Origin: Escherichia phage vB_EcoM_WL-3
Strand: one strand, 5' to 3'
Sequence record: MT968995.1
Length of the DNA stretch: 64,000 nt
The position numbers and the translations under genes are program-made. Below, in pieces: positions 27,965-38,852 of this stretch (positions within the stretch are counted from its first letter, which is position 1; every line of letters begins with the position of its first letter). The notes under the pieces were generated by a model. It was given only the letters and a program-made list of their open reading frames with translations, searched no databases and was not told the DNA's origin.

Positions 27965-28528
27965 TTACCATTCCAATGCTAGTTTTTTGAGTTGTTTCTG
28001 TTCTTTTACATTCTTAGTCACTTCTTTTAAAAAATCATCCGTGACTAAACCTTTTAGTTCTTTTAATACTAAAGGAAGTTTTCCATTTTTAGTAAGAATT
28101 GATTTATAGTTAATTGCATCATTTGTATTAACTTGATACCGCTTAGCAAGTAACTTAATAATCAATACTTCAGTAGAATCTTCGACCAGTTTTGCCCATT
28201 TACCATATCTTTTACCCCGAGGAACAGCAGCCATCAGGTAATTAAAATGGGCTTCATCGCTTAAACCTGATCCAATTAAATTCATAGCATATACAGCTGG
28301 CATGCATTCAGGAAATTGTGATAATGCATTCTCAACCATGTATTTTGAATAATCTTTTTGAGCAATAGAGCATTTAGTTTTATTATTAATAGCTCCAATT
28401 ATTTCAAAAAACTCATTTTCAGCTTTTTCTTTAAAAGAATCAGCAGCAGATTGGACAGCTGTCCAATCTTTTGAATACCAAGCAACTTGATGCTCGTTTA
28501 ATTGAATATCATCTTCAAATAAGCTCAT
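27965..28528 (-). CDS. 62: clamp loader small subunit
   Basis: 187 aa; adjacent to gene 44. Confidence 0.85.
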   Translation of the reverse strand: MSLFEDDIQLNEHQVAWYSKDWTAVQSAADSFKEKAENEFFEIIGAINNKTKCSIAQKDYSKYMVENALSQFPECMPAVYAMNLIGSGLSDEAHFNYLMAAVPRGKRYGKWAKLVEDSTEVLIIKLLAKRYQVNTNDAINYKSILTKNGKLPLVLKELKGLVTDDFLKEVTKNVKEQKQLKKLALEW

Positions 28529-28529
28529 A

Positions 28530-29504
28530 TCACTTCCACTGCATTTCGCATGCCAATTGAATGAAAAGATATGCTAAATGTAATTCCGTATTAGCTGCAA
28601 TTCCATGATACTGGTTATTTTCACCAACAATTTCATACATACGAATAATACTTTGCGGAGTTACGCGTGTATAAATTTCTTCGGCAAGTTTACCTACGAA
28701 CCACGAATAATCAGCTGCATATTTTGGTGCTAAAGCTCTGAGCTGTTTAACATCTTTATTTTTGAGAGATTCAAGAACATCATCAATAGCACCACGATCG
28801 TTAGTAACCAGTGATAAAATACCAGCATCCAAAACACCTTTAGACGAATAACTATCGAGCTCACCAATAGTTTTACGAAAATCAGGAAAATTCTTTTTAA
28901 CCAAAGCTGCTACAACTTTCATATCAGCTATAGCAATTCCTTCATGCTTACAGATTTCAGTCAATCGACGAATCATCTGCTTCATCATTTCAATTTTATC
29001 TTCATCGGTCGGTTGACCGAACGTAATAACTCGGCAGCGTGACTGAAGCGGTTTAATAATACCATCAATATTGTTAGCAGTAATAATAATACTACAGTTT
29101 GAACTATAAGCTTCCATAAAGGAACGAAGATGTCGCTGAGACTCTGCTAACCCTGAACGGTCAAATTCATCAATAACGATTACTTTTTGACGACCATCAA
29201 ATGAAGCTGCACTAGCAAAATTAGTCAAAGGACCGCGAACGAAATCAATTTTACAATCTGACCCATTCACAAACATCATATCAGCATTTACATCATGACA
29301 CAATGCTTTTGCTACGGTTGTTTTACCTGTTCCTGGAGAAGGAGAATGAAGAATAATATGTGGAATCTTACCTTTACTTGTAATAGATTTAAAGGTTTCT
29401 TTATCAAAGGCGGGAAGAATACATTCATCGATAGTAGATGGACGATATTTCTGTTCAAGAATGTGTTCTTTTTCATTTACAGTAATCATAATTTCCTCAT
29501 TCAA
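28530..29504 (-). CDS. 44: clamp loader large subunit (AAA+ ATPase)
   Basis: 324 aa; Walker A SPGTGKTT. Confidence 0.9.
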   Translation of the reverse strand: MNEEIMITVNEKEHILEQKYRPSTIDECILPAFDKETFKSITSKGKIPHIILHSPSPGTGKTTVAKALCHDVNADMMFVNGSDCKIDFVRGPLTNFASAASFDGRQKVIVIDEFDRSGLAESQRHLRSFMEAYSSNCSIIITANNIDGIIKPLQSRCRVITFGQPTDEDKIEMMKQMIRRLTEICKHEGIAIADMKVVAALVKKNFPDFRKTIGELDSYSSKGVLDAGILSLVTNDRGAIDDVLESLKNKDVKQLRALAPKYAADYSWFVGKLAEEIYTRVTPQSIIRMYEIVGENNQYHGIAANTELHLAYLFIQLACEMQWK

Positions 29505-29521
29505 GTTTTAGTGTAAATTAT

Positions 29522-29538
29522 AAAGGGCCGAAGCCCTC
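29522..29538 (-). terminator. tetraloop hairpin after gene 45
   Basis: AGGGC-CGAA-GCCCT between gene 45 stop and gene 44 start. Confidence 0.45.
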
Positions 29539-29540
29539 TA

Positions 29541-30227
29541 TTAAAAATCGTGGGTAGAATCAGCTTCAAGAGCTACTACATAATTCGCATGTTCACCTTC
29601 AAATTTAGCAGCGCCTTGTTTACCTTTTGCCCAGAGAAGAAGTTTATAATTTCCTGGTTGCATTTTCATATTTGCCATATTGATAATGAAATTAAATGTA
29701 TTTTCACCATCATAATCACCAAGAGTCAAAGAATATTTAACACGGGTCAAAGCAGAATCTTCTACTTTATTAAAACCGTTAATTACGATTTTACCTTCTT
29801 TTACTGTGATAGCAATTGTATCAATCTGCAGACCGCGAGATACACGCAATAGCTGTTGAAGGTCTTCAGCTTTAATTTCAGTAACAACAGATGCTACCGG
29901 GAATGGAATTGGTTTATTAGGAGCAACTACTGTACTCGGATCGGCTGCTGGCCAAAAAATTGTTGAACGGGCATCAGCAATTTTAATATTTCCATCTTCT
30001 GACTGGGAAATTTCTGCATCGTCGTTAACTAGAGACAGAATACCGAGAAAACCGTTCAAATCGTAAATTGCTACATCAAAATCAATAGTGTCAGAAATAT
30101 TTGCTTCTGCATAAGTTGTACCATTAACCGCGCGAGTCATAATAAATTGACCGGATTTAAGCATAATACCGGAGTTAATAGTAGCGAAATTTTTGAGCAG
30201 AGCAGTAGTATCTTTAGACAGTTTCAT
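29541..30227 (-). CDS. 45: sliding clamp
   Basis: 228 aa; size and position as T4 gp45. Confidence 0.9.
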   Translation of the reverse strand: MKLSKDTTALLKNFATINSGIMLKSGQFIMTRAVNGTTYAEANISDTIDFDVAIYDLNGFLGILSLVNDDAEISQSEDGNIKIADARSTIFWPAADPSTVVAPNKPIPFPVASVVTEIKAEDLQQLLRVSRGLQIDTIAITVKEGKIVINGFNKVEDSALTRVKYSLTLGDYDGENTFNFIINMANMKMQPGNYKLLLWAKGKQGAAKFEGEHANYVVALEADSTHDF

Positions 30228-30282
30228 GTAATTTCCTTCAATTCAAATAAGATTTAATTTTATAACTAATTTAATAAAGCAA

Positions 30283-30672
30283 TTAACGATTAAAATCAGC
30301 AGCAATTGTTTCCGCAACAATTTGAGCAGCAACAATTAGACGTTCATCTGCATTACCGCAATAATCATCTTCAAGGCGTTCACCGCATGAAGTCATAATA
30401 AATTTAGCACCAGCATTTAGAGATTCTGCCGTATGTTTGCGCATCAGTTCAATCCATTTATCACTCACTTCACGATCGATAGCTTCATAATACGCATGAC
30501 GAGCAGGTGCAGATTTAATTTTGCTCTGAATAACTTCCATCGCGTTATCAGAAAGAGACAAAACCCATGCTCGACGAATTTTATTTTGGTTTTGTGGATT
30601 TGATTCAGAACGCACGTGTTTTGGCTGAATATCTTTTACATCAACACTATAATTCACAGTAATTTTAGTCAT
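30283..30672 (-). CDS. rpbA: RNA polymerase binding protein RpbA
   Basis: 129 aa; position between 45 and 46. Confidence 0.6.
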   Translation of the reverse strand: MTKITVNYSVDVKDIQPKHVRSESNPQNQNKIRRAWVLSLSDNAMEVIQSKIKSAPARHAYYEAIDREVSDKWIELMRKHTAESLNAGAKFIMTSCGERLEDDYCGNADERLIVAAQIVAETIAADFNR

Positions 30673-30681
30673 AATACACCT

Positions 30682-30870
30682 TTAGTCATAATAATCAGTA
30701 ACAGTCCAAGCTTCATTTCTGTTGGACATTATTTTCGTATATTCTGATTTAAATGCATTCTTAAGCATAGATTCAGTAACTATATGCTCTTCATTAGAAA
30801 AATTATTTCTCAGAATATATCGTTTTATTTCAGGAATAGTTAATAGATGCTGTCCAGTTGAATATTCCAA
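30682..30870 (-). CDS. hypothetical protein (45.2 position)
   Basis: 62-aa ORF, synteny. Confidence 0.45.
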   Translation of the reverse strand: MEYSTGQHLLTIPEIKRYILRNNFSNEEHIVTESMLKNAFKSEYTKIMSNRNEAWTVTDYYD

Positions 30871-30925
30871 TGTTTTCCTCCATAGAGATTATACTCTAAT
30901 AAATTAAAGCATAATCTCTTATAAA

Positions 30926-32608
30926 TTAAACCATTACAGTAAATCGACCAACTTTCTTCATTTGAAGATGCTGACCATATTCTTGCGGGTCATGGTCTTT
31001 ATGCGAAATTATAAAAACATTAGTATTTTTCATTGAATTTATAATATTAGCTACGCCTTTGATACCTTCGGCATCAAATGACCCATCAAACACTTCATCA
31101 AGAATTAATGTACTAATACTAACACCAGATACGATAGAAGCAATATCACGCCAAGTAAATAAAAGAGCAATATCGATTCGTGCTTTTTCACCTTCACTAA
31201 ATGAAGCATAACTAAAATCTTCACGACCACGGGATTTAATTGTCTCATTAAATTCTTCATCTAATGTAAACACATAATCCGCTTCCATTATTTTAAGATA
31301 ATGGTTAATCTGCTTATTAAATAATGGAATGTACTTTTTAATAATAGCACCTTTAATACCAGAATCTTTGAGCATGTCAGTCAAAATTCCTCTGTGGTAT
31401 TTTTCCATTACTAAATTAGTTTTTGTCTTAACAATTTTATCAAGTTCTTCTTGAAGCAGTGCTATTTCATCAGCATGGTCAATAAACTCGGATGATGCTT
31501 TTTCTATAGCCGCTTTAACTTTTTTAGCTTTATCTACCGTCGTGATTAGAGATTGCTTTTTATTGCGAATATCATTTGCCAACGTCTGCTGGGTTTTAAT
31601 ATTATCTCGGTATTCATCAACAAGAACTTTTAAATTATCACGGTGTGTTGAAAGCTGTTCAAACGAATGCGTGCATTCAGAAACTTTATCTTTAATTTTA
31701 GAAACAACTTTATCACCGGAACTTAATTGTGACAAACAGGTTGGACATAATCCACCTTCGTGATACATATTAATGACTTTATTATACGAGTCAATTTTTG
31801 ATTTAATTAAAAATGCTTCTTGACCGATTTTATTAAATGCATCAGTCGGGTCTTCATCCAAAACAATATTAACTAATCTTTCATTAGCTTCTTCTATTTC
31901 CGATTTTAACGTTCTAGCTTCTTTCGCCAAATCATCATACATATTCTGCAGACGAGTAAGGTTATCACCAGTTAATTTTTTCTGACGTTCAACGTTATCA
32001 TTATATATTTTAATTTGCTGGATAATACTATCTTTTTTAACATCAAGCACTTGGTTTTGTGAATTTAATTCACGTATTAGTGCTTTATTAAGCTTATCCA
32101 TTTCAGCTAATGTTCCTACCTCAAGCAGGTCTTCCACAAGCTTTCTTCGCGCAGGGGTCGACAAACCCATGAAAGGGGTATACCCTGCTGTACCAAGGAC
32201 AACAATCTGCTTGAAACTGGCGTATGACATTCCGATAAGCTGTTCAAATTCTGCTTGGAAATCTTTACTGCTGGCAGATTCATTAAGACGTGTACCGTTA
32301 ACGGTGATTTCGAAAACATTTGGTTTTTGTCCTCTTTTGATATAGTACTTTTTCTCATCATATTCCATCCACAGTTCAACTAAAAGTTCTTTCTTATTTG
32401 TGCTGTTTATTAATTGACCTTTCTTTACATCACGGAATGGCTTGCCAAAAAGCCCAAACGTGATGGCTTCTAACATAGTAGACTTACCACCACCATTTCG
32501 CCCAGTAATAAGAGTTTTTTGAACCTTATCTAGTTGAATGTCAATAGGATTTCCACCTACTGACATTATATTTTGATACCTAACTCGGTTTAGTTTAAAA
32601 TTCTTCAC
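30926..32608 (-). CDS. 46: recombination endonuclease subunit (Rad50/SbcC-like)
   Basis: 560 aa; N-terminal Walker A GRNGGGKST, central coiled coil with CPTC zinc hook, C-terminal signature/Walker B. Confidence 0.9.
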   Translation of the reverse strand: MKNFKLNRVRYQNIMSVGGNPIDIQLDKVQKTLITGRNGGGKSTMLEAITFGLFGKPFRDVKKGQLINSTNKKELLVELWMEYDEKKYYIKRGQKPNVFEITVNGTRLNESASSKDFQAEFEQLIGMSYASFKQIVVLGTAGYTPFMGLSTPARRKLVEDLLEVGTLAEMDKLNKALIRELNSQNQVLDVKKDSIIQQIKIYNDNVERQKKLTGDNLTRLQNMYDDLAKEARTLKSEIEEANERLVNIVLDEDPTDAFNKIGQEAFLIKSKIDSYNKVINMYHEGGLCPTCLSQLSSGDKVVSKIKDKVSECTHSFEQLSTHRDNLKVLVDEYRDNIKTQQTLANDIRNKKQSLITTVDKAKKVKAAIEKASSEFIDHADEIALLQEELDKIVKTKTNLVMEKYHRGILTDMLKDSGIKGAIIKKYIPLFNKQINHYLKIMEADYVFTLDEEFNETIKSRGREDFSYASFSEGEKARIDIALLFTWRDIASIVSGVSISTLILDEVFDGSFDAEGIKGVANIINSMKNTNVFIISHKDHDPQEYGQHLQMKKVGRFTVMV

Positions 32609-32868
32609 AAAAGATTCCTTTTAATGTATCTTTTAGACCATTCTATCATATCATCATAATCTAAAAAGTATTCATCAAATTCAGCCATGCAAACAACACC
32701 TTGTGCTGCTTTTGATGTGATATAAATTATTCCAACATATCTAGAATCTTCTTCGGTGTATTCAATATTTGCTATGAATTCATCGTTAATGTCAAATGTC
32801 GAAAACTTCACAGTATGCATCCTTAATACAAGATACAGCCATATCTTGTAATGATTTAGGTGTGTCAT
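32605..32868 (-). CDS. hypothetical protein (46.1 position)
   Basis: 87-aa ORF. Confidence 0.45.
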   Translation of the reverse strand: MTHLNHYKIWLYLVLRMHTVKFSTFDINDEFIANIEYTEEDSRYVGIIYITSKAAQGVVCMAEFDEYFLDYDDMIEWSKRYIKRNLL

Positions 32869-33055
32869 TATCTAAAATGTTGAAGTTAAAAGATACAGCC
32901 CAGTCAGTGCAGACCGTAACCTTTTTAATACAATTATCTTCAACCTCTAGTGGTTCAAACCAATATTCAATAATTTCTTTATGACCAATATCATCTTTTA
33001 CTTCGCATTCAAAATGCTGACTCATCATAACATTTTTAAATTCATCAAAAGTCAT
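32792..33055 (-). CDS. hypothetical protein (46.2 position)
   Basis: 87-aa ORF; the track ORF overlaps its neighbour, so the true start is probably internal. Confidence 0.4.
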   Translation of the reverse strand: MTFDEFKNVMMSQHFECEVKDDIGHKEIIEYWFEPLEVEDNCIKKVTVCTDWAVSFNFNILDNDTPKSLQDMAVSCIKDAYCEVFDI

Positions 33056-34071
33056 TGTGTTGCCTCTACATATAACTGATTTGCATATTGAATAAGTGCT
33101 TCACGGTCAGAATCAGTGATGTCTGGAATTGCATTAATGTATTCTTCCATCAACGTCTGAAGAGATTGAACTTCAACTTCTTCACTATCATCTGACTCGA
33201 CAGAGTTATCAATCTTTGACACAACTCGTAATGAATGCACAACTTTTTCTAGTTCAGATTCGAACTTCGTTAGATTTTTGTCTACCTCAGTTACTATAAC
33301 ACGTACTGATAGATTTGTAAAATCTTTATAGTCAATTTTTCCCTTAAATGGATATTGAATTCGACGATGCCAGGTAGTGTTGTTTGGAATAAATTCCATT
33401 CGTTCTGTTTCTGTATCAAACATCCAGAACCCGCGAGGGTCATTCTCGTCACCTGCAGTTAGTGTCCATGGTGTCCCAATATATCTGACGTTAGCAGCCT
33501 CAGAGATAGTATGGAAGTGACCAGACCACACCTCTTTATAAGTCTTAAGGAAATCAGGTTCAAGACCGTGAGATTTCATTCCTTTATAAAAATAAAATCC
33601 ATTCAGCTCCCAGTGACCGACACAAAAAGAAGCAGATGAAGTTTTGATGTGTTCAAGAATTTCACCAGTATTTTCTTCACACATCCAAGGAATTAAATCA
33701 ATCAAACATCCGTCAAAATCTACTGTAGTAGGCTTATCATATACTTTAACATTAGGATATTTAGCCAAAAGCTCAGTAGAAGCATTTGGAGTTAAAGTAT
33801 TTTTAAAGTGCATATCATGGTTTCCTACAACAGTATGCAGGGTAATACCAGCATCATCAAGCATTTGAACTATTTCACGAGCGAACTCCATAGTTTTATG
33901 CGTGATTGCTTTTCGCACATCAAAAATATCGCCGTATTGAATCCATGTAGTAATTCCATTTTTCTTAGAATATTCTATCGCCTGCTTAATTCCATCCAAC
34001 TGGATTGATTGAACCCACTCATCATCGGCTTTAACACCTAAATGCCAATCACCTAAATTTAAAATTTTCAT
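33052..34071 (-). CDS. 47: recombination endonuclease subunit (Mre11/SbcD-like phosphoesterase)
   Basis: 339 aa; phosphoesterase motifs DWH, GDIFD, GNHD. Confidence 0.9.
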   Translation of the reverse strand: MKILNLGDWHLGVKADDEWVQSIQLDGIKQAIEYSKKNGITTWIQYGDIFDVRKAITHKTMEFAREIVQMLDDAGITLHTVVGNHDMHFKNTLTPNASTELLAKYPNVKVYDKPTTVDFDGCLIDLIPWMCEENTGEILEHIKTSSASFCVGHWELNGFYFYKGMKSHGLEPDFLKTYKEVWSGHFHTISEAANVRYIGTPWTLTAGDENDPRGFWMFDTETERMEFIPNNTTWHRRIQYPFKGKIDYKDFTNLSVRVIVTEVDKNLTKFESELEKVVHSLRVVSKIDNSVESDDSEEVEVQSLQTLMEEYINAIPDITDSDREALIQYANQLYVEATQ

Positions 34072-34231
34072 ATATCAAGAACCGTCATTGAAATGCAAAA
34101 TAAAATTATTGAAATAAATCCATCTGGAGTGCTAAAGAACCCAATCCAACATGCTCTAGTAAATAGATAAAATGCAAGAAAAAGTATCACATATCCAAGA
34201 AATATCATTATATCAAACTCCGTATAAAGCT

Positions 34232-34249
34232 AAAGGGCCGAAGCCCTTT
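34232..34249 (-). terminator. tetraloop hairpin at the end of alpha-gt
   Basis: AAAGGGC-CGAA-GCCCTTT. Confidence 0.5.
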
Positions 34250-35450
34250 ATTTTGTAATAATGTCAAATTGTTCTTTAAAGCAGAAGCTTGAATCTTGAT
34301 GCTGATACAAAAATTCATAAGCTTTTTCGCGTTCGCGGTCATAAAGAGCTCGGTCAGATGACAGTTCTTTAATACGTTCAAATGTTGATTCCATGTCATT
34401 TTCATCAAACCAAACGATACCGCTATCATGAGAAATTAATGGAGTATTATCAACACGGAATTTTAAATTTTCGCCCGTAGATTTCCAAAATACTGGAATT
34501 GTTCCGCATGCACCAAGCTCGAGATGAGTATATTCTAAAGAACGTTGTAGATATTTTTTATCTAATTTACTCAGCTGATAACCAAATCCGGATTTACTCA
34601 TACGTTCAAGCATTTCGCTATTTACATAACGGTCAAGAATTTGCGTTGGCAAATTAGGAGCAATTTTAATTTGGTCTACTTGATGAAGACGATAATACTC
34701 GTATGGAATTCCTTTTTCTTTAATAGGAATGAATGCTGGAGAACGTTCCAGACCTTCCATAATAGTACTTAGTCCTGCAGGTTTAAGATGTTTTTCGTGA
34801 AAATCAAACATCTGGTAAAAACCTTTCCATGTAGTCGTACGACCAATCCAACGGTTGATATTCATGTTAATTTCAGAAACATCTTTCCAGTAGGTTGATC
34901 GAACCTTCGCAATATCCATAGGAGGCTGAAAGTTATATACGGTCGGTGCTTCTTCAATATCATCAAACAAAGAAACAGTTTCCGGATACCATTCTTTCAT
35001 TAAAACTTTATTAAAATCGCCATTATCAGAATGACTAAAAATAACATCAGCTCGACGAACAGTTTCTTCTAATCCCAAATTTCGGCGTAAAGAAAGAGAA
35101 GAATGGTCATGCTGATAAACTACAACACGAACCGAAGGTTTAATATTATCAATAATTTTTTTATAGTTATTAATTGTGTCTTCTTCGACTGAAGTAGCAG
35201 GAACTGAATTGATAATTAGAATATCACAATCATTTACCAGCTTAAGTGTTTTATCGTATTCTTTTGCCAATAAAACCGGAATTGAAAATGATTTATAATC
35301 ATGCGCGCAATTACGAGTAAATGATTTATCTTTAGCATAAACCAAAGTTACTTCATGACCATTTTTAATAAACCAATCACGTTGCTCAAGAGAAAATTTA
35401 GTTACACCGCAACCTTCAAGACCTCGAGCCATAAAAATACATACTTTCAT
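34248..35450 (-). CDS. a-gt: DNA alpha-glucosyltransferase
   Basis: 400 aa starting MKVCIFMARGLEGCGVTKF; size and position as T4 alpha-gt. Confidence 0.85.
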   Translation of the reverse strand: MKVCIFMARGLEGCGVTKFSLEQRDWFIKNGHEVTLVYAKDKSFTRNCAHDYKSFSIPVLLAKEYDKTLKLVNDCDILIINSVPATSVEEDTINNYKKIIDNIKPSVRVVVYQHDHSSLSLRRNLGLEETVRRADVIFSHSDNGDFNKVLMKEWYPETVSLFDDIEEAPTVYNFQPPMDIAKVRSTYWKDVSEINMNINRWIGRTTTWKGFYQMFDFHEKHLKPAGLSTIMEGLERSPAFIPIKEKGIPYEYYRLHQVDQIKIAPNLPTQILDRYVNSEMLERMSKSGFGYQLSKLDKKYLQRSLEYTHLELGACGTIPVFWKSTGENLKFRVDNTPLISHDSGIVWFDENDMESTFERIKELSSDRALYDREREKAYEFLYQHQDSSFCFKEQFDIITK

Positions 35451-35502
35451 TTAATATCCTCATTGTTTTGGTTTATTTTACCAAAAATTTATAAAGCAAT
35501 AT

Positions 35503-35518
35503 AGGAGCCGAGGCTCCT
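35503..35518 (-). terminator. hairpin AGGAGCC-GA-GGCTCCT
   Basis: 7-bp stem overlapping the stop codon of the 57-aa ORF. Confidence 0.4.
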
Positions 35519-35690
35519 ATCCACATAATACACCATACAGAGGCTCATTAGAGCTTCTAAATTTTATGCGCTTATACGTTATAGTTCCTTCTGCTTTAGC
35601 TTTATCATGAGACTCTTTAAAACGTCTCATCATTTCTACTTTAGAGGAACGAATTTTATTATAATCTATTTCAGAAGTCTGGGTGTTCAT
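35517..35690 (-). CDS. hypothetical small protein (57 aa)
   Basis: hand-translated MNTQTSEIDYNKIRSSKVEMMRRFKESHDKAK...; missed by the track cutoff. Confidence 0.35.
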   Translation of the reverse strand: MNTQTSEIDYNKIRSSKVEMMRRFKESHDKAKAEGTITYKRIKFRSSNEPLYGVLCG

Positions 35691-35693
35691 CTT

Positions 35694-35900
35694 TCACAGT
35701 TGCCACCATTTTTTGACTTGATAAGAATCAACCCACACTTTCATATTAGGGTCTGCTCTTACAATAGGAGGATTAACTTCTTTGATTGAACTATCATGGT
35801 ATTCTTTTTCAGAAATTTTCACGCAAAGATGACCATTCAAAGATTCAGTAAATCCTGCATTAATTTTAAGACGCTTGAATTTTACGTGTGTAAGCATCAA
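35694..35900 (-). CDS. hypothetical protein (68 aa)
   Basis: ORF in track. Confidence 0.45.
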   Translation of the reverse strand: MMLTHVKFKRLKINAGFTESLNGHLCVKISEKEYHDSSIKEVNPPIVRADPNMKVWVDSYQVKKWWQL

Positions 35901-36183
35901 TCATATCCTCAATCTGCGATCTAGTAGTCTTCCAAAGAATACTAATGAGTTCATCGTTATATGGCTGTTTTAGAATATCCCGACTTTTCTTGATAGCATA
36001 TTCGTATTGAGCGAAATTATTGTTTTCAGCTGCAATCTGAGCGTGTTTATAAAGACGGTTCAGTTCGCGTTTATTTTTAGACAATAACTTATTTGCTTTT
36101 CTTTCTGCTTCAAGACGGTTCTTTTCTTCAATAGAAGAAATAAGCTTTTCCACTTCATCATTAATTTCGGGTTTATCAGTCAT
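35866..36183 (-). CDS. hypothetical protein (105 aa)
   Basis: ORF in track. Confidence 0.45.
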   Translation of the reverse strand: MTDKPEINDEVEKLISSIEEKNRLEAERKANKLLSKNKRELNRLYKHAQIAAENNNFAQYEYAIKKSRDILKQPYNDELISILWKTTRSQIEDMIDAYTRKIQAS

Positions 36184-36184
36184 A

Positions 36185-36403
36185 TTATTTCTCTAATATA
36201 AAATAAAAATCATCATCTGTTAAATGATACCGATAGTTTAATTCTACACCATTAGATTTAAAAGCGGTATCATACGGATTTTCTGGATCAATATCAATGT
36301 CAAGAGCTAAAACTTCCCTGAGATACATTTTAAGTAAATAGGGAATAGCTTCAACTTCAGGTATTTCTTCCAAGAATCCGGAGAGGTTAATCGTTAGCCT
36401 CAT
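36185..36403 (-). CDS. hypothetical protein (72 aa)
   Basis: ORF in track. Confidence 0.45.
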
Positions 36404-36950
36404 ATAAAAAATCCAAACTAGGAGAATCGTCTACAACACTTTTCTTTTCAGCCCCCGGTGTTCTATAGGTTGATTCTTCGTAATGCGTCATTTTATCGTA
36501 GATGTCTTGAATAAAAGTTTCATCTACTAACGCAACCATATCGTCGTCACGACTGTCATAGACATTGTGAACGAAGTAACTATATTTCTTTGCAACTTCC
36601 TTACGTTCTTTTTTAATACGTTGGACAAATGCATTAAAACAAGCTTGAGTTATATATGCATGTGGGTTTTTATATTTCGTTTCATCAAAATTATGAAGTC
36701 CCTTAATAGAAGCTTCTATACCATCTGCAATCATTTCTTGTTTCCAAGATTGGGTGTATCCTGAAAAGTTGAAACGTTTAGATAAGCCTTCTGCAATAAG
36801 CATAATGGCTAATCCGATAGTATCATTCTGACGAACTACTTTATTTGGGTCTTTATTATTTGCTAATTCTGTTTTCCAATCAATAATAGCTTGTAAAAGC
36901 TCTTTATTGTTTACGTAATTATATTTAGGCTTAGTTTCTGACATTTTCAC
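36387..36950 (-). CDS. 55: late sigma factor gp55
   Basis: 187 aa; size and position as T4 gp55. Confidence 0.85.
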
Positions 36951-37022
36951 CTCTTAGCTCAATTCATAGATCTATTATATCATAATATTTGAAGATCTAT
37001 CTTAAAGCATAGAGGATATCAG

Positions 37023-37292
37023 TTATCTAAGTAAACAGTATGCTTGGAACACTTTCTCCATCATCTTTTTAAATTCATGAATATCTATGTAATGACTAGT
37101 TAAATCAGCATGATATAAAAAGTCTAAAAACTTTTCATGTGTGCTAACATATTCGCTTTCATTTAATTCAGAAACATGGCTTTCCCAATATCCAACACCA
37201 GTCTTATTTGGGAAAAATGAAATTTTCATGTATTGGTCAACATAGAAAATTCCATAATTTTCAATAGTAATAGAAATATTAATAAATTTCAT
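37023..37292 (-). CDS. hypothetical protein (89 aa)
   Basis: ORF in track. Confidence 0.45.
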   Translation of the reverse strand: MKFINISITIENYGIFYVDQYMKISFFPNKTGVGYWESHVSELNESEYVSTHEKFLDFLYHADLTSHYIDIHEFKKMMEKVFQAYCLLR

Positions 37293-37504
37293 ACATTCAT
37301 CAACTTAGCCGCTTCAAGAGCTGCATCTAGTGAATCAAATTGGTCAACGTATTCAATCAATTCGCCATAATTAGCGTATAACCACCATTGGCTAAATTCA
37401 TACTCAAGGATGAATCCATTTCCTTCAATTTGAGTTAAACCAATGCCATTTGTATTTACTTCATATCCGGCAAGACGTAAATCGTTAATAAGAGCTTCGT
37501 TCAT
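37289..37504 (-). CDS. hypothetical protein (71 aa)
   Basis: ORF in track. Confidence 0.45.
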   Translation of the reverse strand: MNEALINDLRLAGYEVNTNGIGLTQIEGNGFILEYEFSQWWLYANYGELIEYVDQFDSLDAALEAAKLMNV

Positions 37505-37506
37505 AA

Positions 37507-37833
37507 TTATGCCTTAGTAATTTTCAGATCAGCAAATTTTTTCTTGCGTTGATTTTTCATACGACGAATAGTTTTATCGGAAATTTCATGCTTTTGATAA
37601 GCTTTAGATTCTACACCAAAAGCTTTAACATCAAATTCTGACAAGATATATTGAACAAACAATTCACGAATAGTATTTCGTCCAATTTTCTGATCATTCT
37701 GTTTCATCATCTGATGAAGCTCTTTTTCCCATTTATCCAAAATTTGAGGAGTTACAATATCGCCTTTTTCTAGCAGAGAAACTACTTTATCATATGCATA
37801 AGAATTGATGGCGTTTTTAATTTGAATAGTCAT
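37507..37833 (-). CDS. hypothetical protein (108 aa)
   Basis: ORF in track. Confidence 0.45.
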   Translation of the reverse strand: MTIQIKNAINSYAYDKVVSLLEKGDIVTPQILDKWEKELHQMMKQNDQKIGRNTIRELFVQYILSEFDVKAFGVESKAYQKHEISDKTIRRMKNQRKKKFADLKITKA

Positions 37834-37869
37834 ACATTATCCTCAATTGCGTTAAAATTTTATTATCCA

Positions 37870-37888
37870 AAAAGGGCCGAAGCCCTTA
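37870..37888 (-). terminator. tetraloop hairpin AAGGGC-CGAA-GCCCTT
   Basis: 6-bp GC stem at the end of the ORF 37886-38086. Confidence 0.45.
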
Positions 37889-38086
37889 GCTAAACTGTTT
37901 GGCACCCTTCCAGCCTTCATACATCATTGCGGCTGATATTAATATTGCCCCTGAGCAACTTGAATATTTGTGATTCCAAAACCAGTTCAGAAAAACTTCG
38001 TCATCAATACCTTGGGCTATCATATTTTCAAAGAACTGACGACGAGCTTCGGCAATTCGTTGTGATAATTTAGATTCAGGATTCAT
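37886..38086 (-). CDS. hypothetical protein (66 aa)
   Basis: ORF in track. Confidence 0.45.
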   Translation of the reverse strand: MNPESKLSQRIAEARRQFFENMIAQGIDDEVFLNWFWNHKYSSCSGAILISAAMMYEGWKGAKQFS

Positions 38087-38218
38087 TTAAATTTTCCAAT
38101 TACCGTTTTCATCAATAAATTTAATCCAGTCATTTACTGACCACTTGGTCGTATCGCCTTTTGGAGCAACATTTAAAGTGTATAATCCTTGTTTAAAAAG
38201 CATTCGTTTGATATTCAT
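38087..38218 (-). CDS. hypothetical small protein (43 aa from MNIKRMLFKQ)
   Basis: trimmed from track ORF 38087-38302; good SD GAGGAAAAT before this ATG. Confidence 0.35.
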   Translation of the reverse strand: MNIKRMLFKQGLYTLNVAPKGDTTKWSVNDWIKFIDENGNWKI

Positions 38219-38225
38219 ATTTTCC

Positions 38226-38519
38226 TCAGCTGTAACGATAGCACTCGTTTGATTTACGCTTAGCAACTCGTTGAGAAGTATTGTAATCAAAATCGTCATC
38301 AATGTAAACTGATTTTTTCAACTTTCTTACTTCACCACGCAATTGACGATTTAGCTCATCTTTAACTTCTGAATCAATGCCTTTCATTCTACGCCATTTA
38401 TCAGAGCGAAAAATGTTTTCAACCATATCTTTATGACTTACACCGTCAGGAGCTTTACGCTTTCCGAAATAGTCATAATCACGTACTTTTAAATCTTTAC
38501 GACGATACGTTTTACCCAT
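38226..38519 (-). CDS. hypothetical basic protein (97 aa from MGKTYRRKDLK)
   Basis: trimmed from track ORF 38226-38564. Confidence 0.4.
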   Translation of the reverse strand: MGKTYRRKDLKVRDYDYFGKRKAPDGVSHKDMVENIFRSDKWRRMKGIDSEVKDELNRQLRGEVRKLKKSVYIDDDFDYNTSQRVAKRKSNECYRYS

Positions 38520-38694
38520 GGAGTTTAATTTCCTTAGCAACTGAACTAAATACAACACGATCACAAATCATCTGTTTATGTAACTTGAGTATAAGATAAT
38601 AAACTTCAAAACCGTTTACATAAGTAACACGAACAACATTACCATTAATAAAATAATATTGTCCCTTTTTAATTTCTTTATCAACCACAACCAT
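38512..38694 (-). CDS. hypothetical protein (60 aa)
   Basis: ORF in track. Confidence 0.4.
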   Translation of the reverse strand: MVVVDKEIKKGQYYFINGNVVRVTYVNGFEVYYLILKLHKQMICDRVVFSSVAKEIKLHG

Positions 38695-38833
38695 ATCAAA
38701 TCCTCAAAGGCAATTCATATGTTAATAATACCACAGTTTGAACTTCTTGTAAACAACTTTGTGAAAATTATTTTAGGGAATGATAAGAAGGGAACGATAG
38801 CTTAGAATGGTAATATACAGAATGTGAGAAAGA

Positions 38834-38851
38834 AAGGCCCAGAGGGCCCGT
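38834..38851 (-). terminator. hairpin GGCCC-AGA-GGGCC after nrdH
   Basis: GC stem immediately downstream of the nrdH stop. Confidence 0.4.
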
Positions 38852-38852
38852 C